IMG/VR virus record: IMGVR_UViG_3300042447_000691
DNA length: 64,000 bases
From: a virus
Reading direction: 5' to 3' (one strand)
Numbering within the stretch: the stretch's first letter is position 1; every line of letters begins with the position of its first letter. Below, piece by piece: positions 58,601 through 64,000 of the stretch. The position numbers were made by a program, and so were the translations under genes. The notes under the pieces were generated by a model. The model did no database searches. It was not told where the DNA came from and saw only the letters and a list, made by a program, of their open reading frames with translations.

Positions 58601-60874
58601 AATGTTGACCCTATTCAGTTTTCAAGTTTCACTAATAACTCACCATATTACTATAACTCAACAGATAAATCAACGTTAACACAAAAAGCGTTCTCAAATG
58701 ACCTTCACGATTTATCATATTACACACAAGGGTCTATTTATTCGCAAGTATTTCAGTTATCGAACTTAGCAGCAACGAATTATATGGGATTTCAATGGGG
58801 TCAGGGAGTATCAACTCTTGACCAATATGTTTGGTATACTAACGGTGAGTCTTACAACAACTTACAAGATGCTATTGATCAAACAAATGGTACGTCTGGT
58901 GTTCCATTAACGTTATATAGACCTAACCCATCTTTACCTGAAGGAGCAAAATTCTATACTGATCCAGCATTTTTAAATGTGTTTACTGTTGGTAATGATT
59001 TAATTAGAGTACAACTGATAGGGTCCACAACCGTTTATGTTGTTTCAATTTTCTTTACGGGTCAAATAATAGGTAACCCATATAACATTAATAGTGGTAT
59101 TAGTGCTCAATTACAAAACATAGACCAAGGCAGTATAGAAGGGGGTACGTTAATAGGTGTTAAATCGTATCAACAACCAGGAGTGTTTGACTCAAGGGTT
59201 TATTCATTTGCATACCACACAAACAACACTAACCCGAATATAACTATTACTAATAATAATAGATTGGTGTTTAGGTCTGATAGGTTACCTACATCAGATG
59301 TTACGGAAGTTTCGGGTAATACATCATATTCGTTACATTTTAATAATAATTTTGAAATGTATTTGGTTGATGATAGTGGTTCCGCAACCGCAATACCATC
59401 AAATGATTTTGAAGGAACCGATAACACGTTTAACGCTCAAGATTTAACGGGAGATACTAGTAATGCGTATACAGATGCAATACTAAATACATTAACCTGT
59501 GAAGGTATGGTACCCATCACTTGTTACTCAGGTAGTGGTAATAATTTTGGAGTTGAAACACCATGTACAGACCCACTTGATACCATTTCCTTACAAAACA
59601 CTGGTAGTCGTGTTGTTGGTGGTTGTTACTTTTTTGTTGATAAACCACTAATAGTTTCTATACCTAACGATATAAGGTACTTTAGAGAATGGAGATCTAG
59701 ATTTAGAGTAACATATGCTGCATGTCGAGGTATCTTTTCACAGGTATTCCAAAATAATTGGTTGAACGGATCACTTTACATGTTTTCGTTTAAAAAACAA
59801 ACCATCTATAATGTTGTTGGTGAACCAAAAAAATATAAATTCTGTGGAACGGTCGATAGTCTTTATAGGGAAGGCCAAGGGACTATGTTCTACGCTGAAG
59901 GGACATCCAACGGCATATTTTACAGGTCGACGCCGTACAATGGTAGTTCTTCGACGTTTGTTGGTCAGATACCTCAAAATAAACCTTTTATATTTGGGCC
60001 GGCACAAGAGGTACCATTCTCCGCAAAAAACGAAAGGAATTTATTTTTCCCCACAACAATTATGGATTTAGGGCCAAGAGATCTTTACACGAAAGAAATT
60101 TGTGCTAATCCAAGTTTTGAAGGATATCTTATGAACGGATTACAAAGTACATCATATAACGATCAAGGAGATGTCTTACAATTGGCGATTATATCAAGAT
60201 TCGTGAATAAAAACTTTTGGTTACAGGCGGTCGGTTTAGGCGATAAATCGGTAAATAGATTCTTCTCAAGAAGCGGCGATAGAATAGATGGGGACATTGC
60301 TCAAATGTTTAGTATAAATTCAGAATTTGGTGTTATACCTTTTGGTGATGAAGAATATGACGACACGGATTTATATGTTCAAGGTGGAGGATTAAATAGT
60401 TTGGTTGGTATCTTTTTCTCGTCCGACACTGTTAGTAGAAACATACTAACACCCGGAGTTCAAACATTTTCTTTAACACCACCATTATTAAATTATTTCG
60501 GTTATTCAAAAACACAAGAAGTACCGATGTATAAATGGAGATCGGATAGTGTAACTACCGGACAACAAACAATCTTTGGTACGGATAATAATGAGTGGGA
60601 TACTGACGTGACTAACAATAAATTCTACTCACAAAAATACCAATCAATGAGTTTTCAATACGCACCAACAACGGATTACTTTAATGTGACACCAACAGGA
60701 CAAAAGGGGTATATTTTTAATTCCGATAACAACGGTAATAACGACCCTAACTGGACTGGTACTATTAATACCCCACAATCTTTTGTGGTTGGAGCACCAT
60801 TCCATTTTTACTTTGGTTTAAATAAAGGTAAAACTGCACTTAATAAATTTATAACAAACTATATAGGTAATTAA
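55700..60874 (+). CDS. Very large putative baseplate/virion protein with internal hydrophobic hairpin
   Basis: N-terminal VVAGRV...VPNASVSIF transthyretin-like strands; follows gp6-like gene. Confidence 0.7.
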   Translation: MTKSYRLRTEIGTDKNIRININQDFDFLEILSLKLRQGDVYTRFCADYGVVAGRVIVNGGYGVPNASVSIFIPLDQIDETDPVISSLYPYKKPADKNEDGYRYNLLPYKQTFGGHTPTGTFPEKDDVLTRSEVLEVYEKYYKYTTKTNDSGDFMIIGVPLGVQTIVMDLDLSDMGCFSLRPKDLIRVGLGAEEQFNGEKFKSSEDLSSLPQIVNFVRNIDVTPFWGEEDLCNIGITRTDFDLRDLGVEVKPQAIFMGSLFSTSNEDFLRSNCKPKKDVGNLCNLETGPGKILSIRQTIDYDSSGQPILEQHSLPNGGKIIDEDGTWLVEVPMNLDYVTTNEFGEQVISNDPSVGIPTKGKYRFRVQYQNEDPENTTVERGDYLVPNIREYGWTNTGKYEDVDTSLQLKSYAFSLDWNDYADPQAAINCEDYFYEFNFNKVYTVANFIDRFKWGYNRSRHLGIKEIDSKDCNQINKLPVNDGVRNFDSIFFLMMFLITIVSLLVPTILTILHVLALLYPIFRVIINLFIWLINTFIYSICIVVAILSPRLRKDDCKKQNIKPLSKTNPFKRISLPMMSYPDCESCPCTEQDLDTSSDTENDIYTITVGNYSILSNLTSVDTYSKLNTSIDPDNENLNIAFRQFLSGYQPQGDAFDRLNKVPFASHDFTPGWGKAPYDVSLAQSINMANMRERYFQGENIIQTTVYNTPPNSNVPQPSTPFTDNVLVLLCDSQTISNINPGQLLTFNSLDNINDPNTTGLTSGNQFNTTAITGSTPYNANNLVNKPVTYIKQDGTVDTVNLKLLITSDGKEYNFKSGTEYFQLITGGTVSQMSGLTVSSNSGLLRKYIFNKTQRLEDWPTFGTQQTSYLFVKDQVDGFNDLEVLILVKGVDPYTDKQNIRYDLSKLFGYSNFGLGPVIEGQYYLNIPIQPNTVTTPVGAPSWWNDFKTPESHLVTNNSNVALYHQPFGFNVDPIQFSSFTNNSPYYYNSTDKSTLTQKAFSNDLHDLSYYTQGSIYSQVFQLSNLAATNYMGFQWGQGVSTLDQYVWYTNGESYNNLQDAIDQTNGTSGVPLTLYRPNPSLPEGAKFYTDPAFLNVFTVGNDLIRVQLIGSTTVYVVSIFFTGQIIGNPYNINSGISAQLQNIDQGSIEGGTLIGVKSYQQPGVFDSRVYSFAYHTNNTNPNITITNNNRLVFRSDRLPTSDVTEVSGNTSYSLHFNNNFEMYLVDDSGSATAIPSNDFEGTDNTFNAQDLTGDTSNAYTDAILNTLTCEGMVPITCYSGSGNNFGVETPCTDPLDTISLQNTGSRVVGGCYFFVDKPLIVSIPNDIRYFREWRSRFRVTYAACRGIFSQVFQNNWLNGSLYMFSFKKQTIYNVVGEPKKYKFCGTVDSLYREGQGTMFYAEGTSNGIFYRSTPYNGSSSTFVGQIPQNKPFIFGPAQEVPFSAKNERNLFFPTTIMDLGPRDLYTKEICANPSFEGYLMNGLQSTSYNDQGDVLQLAIISRFVNKNFWLQAVGLGDKSVNRFFSRSGDRIDGDIAQMFSINSEFGVIPFGDEEYDDTDLYVQGGGLNSLVGIFFSSDTVSRNILTPGVQTFSLTPPLLNYFGYSKTQEVPMYKWRSDSVTTGQQTIFGTDNNEWDTDVTNNKFYSQKYQSMSFQYAPTTDYFNVTPTGQKGYIFNSDNNGNNDPNWTGTINTPQSFVVGAPFHFYFGLNKGKTALNKFITNYIGN

Positions 60875-60875
60875 A

Positions 60876-62618
60876 ATGTCTAGAGACGATGAAAAAAGAA
60901 TAGTTTTAGGATCTAAAAGATATGCGTCTAGTACGGATAAACCGGTATGGATCCAATTACCACTTGCCGGTGAAAGAAGAACTATGGTTGAGGGGGAACG
61001 AAATGTTTTTATTAACCAAGCAACTCAGTTTAATGATGAAAGACAAAGTAGTGGTAAATTTAGATTATCAGGGAAACTTGTTAATTTATTTCAAAATCAG
61101 TTAAGTGGTTCTACACAATACGCACCATATAAAAATTTCCTATATTATACTAACGGTATTAGTAATGCGATTTCTAATGTGTCAAACCCTAATGCCCCTT
61201 GGGAAGGGTATCCACAATTTTATGAGTTTACGTTTTTTAGAGAACAAGGAATACCTGGTCACGTACCGTTTGTTGCTAAAAGTGCATCTTCATATAATTG
61301 GATGGTTTATGTTTCCTATCCGTTTAGTAGTGATACCACACAAAAAATGTCGTGGACAAGTGAAAAGTTTAATATAACTAATGCAAACTTTTCGGTATCC
61401 GACGGGATCCCTTTTGTTATGGAATCAGGGACACTCAATGGAAAACAATTAATTTATTTTTATTGCGGAACCAATCATAATTTAAATATCGGTGACTTTT
61501 TAGAGATAAAGTTACCACAACAACCTTTAGGTATTGACGGTAAAAAAGTATTTCAAGTCTTTTCGATTGGTGACGGTAGTTATGGATCTGAAAGATATGT
61601 ATTCACAATATTCAATCAAAAGTTTAACTCAAACCAAATACAAACCGGTACTTACGGTAATTTTAAAAGAATTTTAACTAATACGAATAGTGCCGAAACC
61701 AAATCAAGATACTACATAAGATTACATAAGACATTAACTGAGACTAAAGATTTGGATATATTTAAATCTGGATTCGATAGGAATGCGTTCAGAACACAAT
61801 CTAAAATTGAATATTCGGCAATTACACCAAACAACGTTCAAAGAGTGTCTTTTAAAGACGACAATCAAAACTATTCCTTTTCTTTTTCCAAAGATGTGGT
61901 GATTGATGGTTTATTAGATAACAATGGAAAACCATTGACAAGTTTATATTTAACTGCAGTCCAAAGAGGGTATATGGGATACTTCAACCCACCAACACTA
62001 ACCGCAGATGGTACGCCGACAGCGATAGATATTGGATGGGAATTTAACTTTTTAAAGAATAGTGTTGATACTTGGTGGGATCATTCGGGCACCGTAAATA
62101 AAGACAACATACCACTTACCAGTTATAACTACAATTCGTTAAATTTTTATTATAACGAATTATTACCTTTAGGATCTACATTGAAGGGTGATTTTTGTGA
62201 GTATAACGATTTTGAACAACAAGAATATGTTTTATCACCCATAACACACAAATACTCTTTTAACCCATCTTTATTGTGGGACAGTTCACCTGTAACATAT
62301 CCAAGTGGATATTTTTATAAACCTCACCATGAAATCACAATAAGAGTTTTTAGTGGGGATATTGAAACGGGTAAAAAAGGTGAAGTGGATAACGTACCAA
62401 GTTACTCTTGGTTTTCAGAAATAGAACAAACATTCTTTTGGCGTGATATATATACATATGGGTTTATTGATGGTGACGGTAGGGGGGTAAACTACCCGTT
62501 TTTGAATGGGGCTCATTACCCGTTTTCAAACATACTATTTAACCAATACCCACAAAAACGAGATATGTTTGTTCAAACAAACCAAATAAACACAATACAA
62601 ACTGACGATTGTGAGTAA
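60876..62618 (+). CDS. Putative virion structural protein
   Basis: 580 aa, Y/F/N-rich beta character; coupled to upstream gene. Confidence 0.65.
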   Translation: MSRDDEKRIVLGSKRYASSTDKPVWIQLPLAGERRTMVEGERNVFINQATQFNDERQSSGKFRLSGKLVNLFQNQLSGSTQYAPYKNFLYYTNGISNAISNVSNPNAPWEGYPQFYEFTFFREQGIPGHVPFVAKSASSYNWMVYVSYPFSSDTTQKMSWTSEKFNITNANFSVSDGIPFVMESGTLNGKQLIYFYCGTNHNLNIGDFLEIKLPQQPLGIDGKKVFQVFSIGDGSYGSERYVFTIFNQKFNSNQIQTGTYGNFKRILTNTNSAETKSRYYIRLHKTLTETKDLDIFKSGFDRNAFRTQSKIEYSAITPNNVQRVSFKDDNQNYSFSFSKDVVIDGLLDNNGKPLTSLYLTAVQRGYMGYFNPPTLTADGTPTAIDIGWEFNFLKNSVDTWWDHSGTVNKDNIPLTSYNYNSLNFYYNELLPLGSTLKGDFCEYNDFEQQEYVLSPITHKYSFNPSLLWDSSPVTYPSGYFYKPHHEITIRVFSGDIETGKKGEVDNVPSYSWFSEIEQTFFWRDIYTYGFIDGDGRGVNYPFLNGAHYPFSNILFNQYPQKRDMFVQTNQINTIQTDDCE

Positions 62619-63462
62619 TTATAGATTTTCATTTAACGCGGACGATAAAAGTATTAATATACCAATCCAAATCAATTTTGATATGGAGGGTAGAGATGAT
62701 GCTATCGACATCTTACAAAATCAGATCAAAGAAGAGGTGTTAAACCCGATTAGTGATTTTGAACTAACAAGATTTAGTCATGCCACTTGGGATGTAGATA
62801 CCACAAAAACAGAAATAAATTATAAATTTAATTTTTACAACTCACAAGGACAAACCGATTTTTTAAATAACCCACCAAACATAAACCAATGGTTGGATGA
62901 TTACCAAAATGCTGGATTCTTAGATGAAGAAATATATTATTTTGCAAATTCATTTAAGAAAAGTTTTTTTAAGTTGGATTTTTATGATAGGAACACGACC
63001 GAAAATCAAAAAATATTGTTTTCTGTTGTTTTACCAACACAACAAGGGTTAAAAGAACCGGGAATATTATTTGCAAACCCTAACTTACAAGTGTTAGTTA
63101 AAAAACCATTAATGGTTTTAGATTCTATTGGTGCAGATAAAGAGGGGTTCTTTCTTTATTGGTTAAAAAACCAAACGTATTTATCACAAACCGAAATGTA
63201 TATGAGTTGTAAATTTTACAACGCAAAAAAAGGACAGTTTGTTAGAATGATGAATACACCACAAAGTAATTTTGTTGGTCCAAATGTGTACGATTTTAAT
63301 AAAAGTCAATATTTTTACTATAAAGTCTTTATAGATTACACTAATTACGAATATAGTGTTTATAGGGAAGTCCCTTCAGGTCAATCAAACTTTATTTATG
63401 TTAGAGTTGGTGAAGGACAAACAACACCAATAAACTGGTATGAATATGTTAACCCACTATGA
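62611..63462 (+). CDS. Putative virion structural protein
   Basis: 283 aa, GTG start overlapping the previous stop. Confidence 0.65.
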   Translation: MSNYRFSFNADDKSINIPIQINFDMEGRDDAIDILQNQIKEEVLNPISDFELTRFSHATWDVDTTKTEINYKFNFYNSQGQTDFLNNPPNINQWLDDYQNAGFLDEEIYYFANSFKKSFFKLDFYDRNTTENQKILFSVVLPTQQGLKEPGILFANPNLQVLVKKPLMVLDSIGADKEGFFLYWLKNQTYLSQTEMYMSCKFYNAKKGQFVRMMNTPQSNFVGPNVYDFNKSQYFYYKVFIDYTNYEYSVYREVPSGQSNFIYVRVGEGQTTPINWYEYVNPL

Positions 63463-64000
63463 TAGAGAATAAAATATATTATAGAATCTCACCTGAAGTA
63501 TTAAAGGATGATATTTTTTCTGAAAGTTATTCAGGAGATAGTGGACTGAATAATTTTGGTCTATATAGTGGTATGTCTTACGTTTTAAGTGGGGGTACAG
63601 GTGGTACGTCACTACTTAGTGGTCTGACCATACCAATCTTCCTTACACAAACTTATAATGATGTTGGATTTTATTCTGAGTTTGACGGATTAATGGAACA
63701 AAAAGATGTAATAACCAATTTCCTTTATTCGGGATACAACCAATTTAATTTATACCAAGTACAGTTATATAACACATCTGAAAAGTTTACAAAAACATTT
63801 TTAAACTTCTCAACATATAATATTGATTGGGGTGATGGGTCACCTGCGGATCCAATGATATCTGATAGTATTAACCACACATATAATGTTAGTGGTACTT
63901 ATACCATCACTATGTCGGGATCTAACTCGTTTGGCCTAACTATCATACAAAAACCAATCACAATACCACTATCAGGGGTAACAATAGATAATCCAAACGG
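63459..64000 (+). CDS. PKD-domain putative structural protein, truncated by window edge
   Basis: Not in track; ATGA overlap at 63459; reads MIENKIYYRISPE...YNIDWGDGSP...NHTYNVSGTYTITMSG (PKD signature); open to the end. Confidence 0.75.
   Translation, partial: MIENKIYYRISPEVLKDDIFSESYSGDSGLNNFGLYSGMSYVLSGGTGGTSLLSGLTIPIFLTQTYNDVGFYSEFDGLMEQKDVITNFLYSGYNQFNLYQVQLYNTSEKFTKTFLNFSTYNIDWGDGSPADPMISDSINHTYNVSGTYTITMSGSNSFGLTIIQKPITIPLSGVTIDNPN

Noticed and set aside
1-64000. Stop-codon reassignment
   Set aside because: Core genes are full length in code 11, and TAG (recA, 15710 ORF) and TGA (helicase, 62611 ORF) act as real stops
1-64000. CRISPR arrays and tRNA genes
   Set aside because: Intergenic gaps are short; no repeat-spacer periodicity or cloverleaf seen by eye; a tRNAscan/Infernal run would be decisive

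Overview
AT-rich segment of a large T4-like contractile-tailed (jumbo myovirus-type) phage genome, read in standard code 11. It holds a tail-fibre/adhesin cluster, neck, sheath, tube, chaperone, tape-measure and very large baseplate genes. Interleaved are a replication set (PolB, SNF2 helicase, SSB, RecA/UvsX, 5'-3' exonuclease, DnaB-like helicase, class II RNR) and accessory genes (glycosyltransferase, stand-alone WYL, 2OG-Fe(II) oxygenase, SOD, HAD hydrolase, alpha/beta hydrolase, HNH endonuclease). Starts are A-rich without Shine-Dalgarno motifs, suggesting a Bacteroidota-like host (inference). Main leads: (1) a sense-strand TATTTAT motif before about 20 genes, a candidate phage-specific late promoter; (2) unrelated accessory enzymes sharing N-terminal leaders ending in [ILV]-x-E, suggesting capsid-packaged, protease-matured cargo; (3) a probable +1/-2 frameshift at TTT_TTT_CGT joining the two tail-chaperone ORFs; (4) a hairpin enclosing the HNH gene promoter and start; (5) unusual inserts in giant baseplate proteins (OmpA-like domain, novel repeats, hydrophobic hairpin). 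All family calls come from motif recognition by eye; no searches were run.
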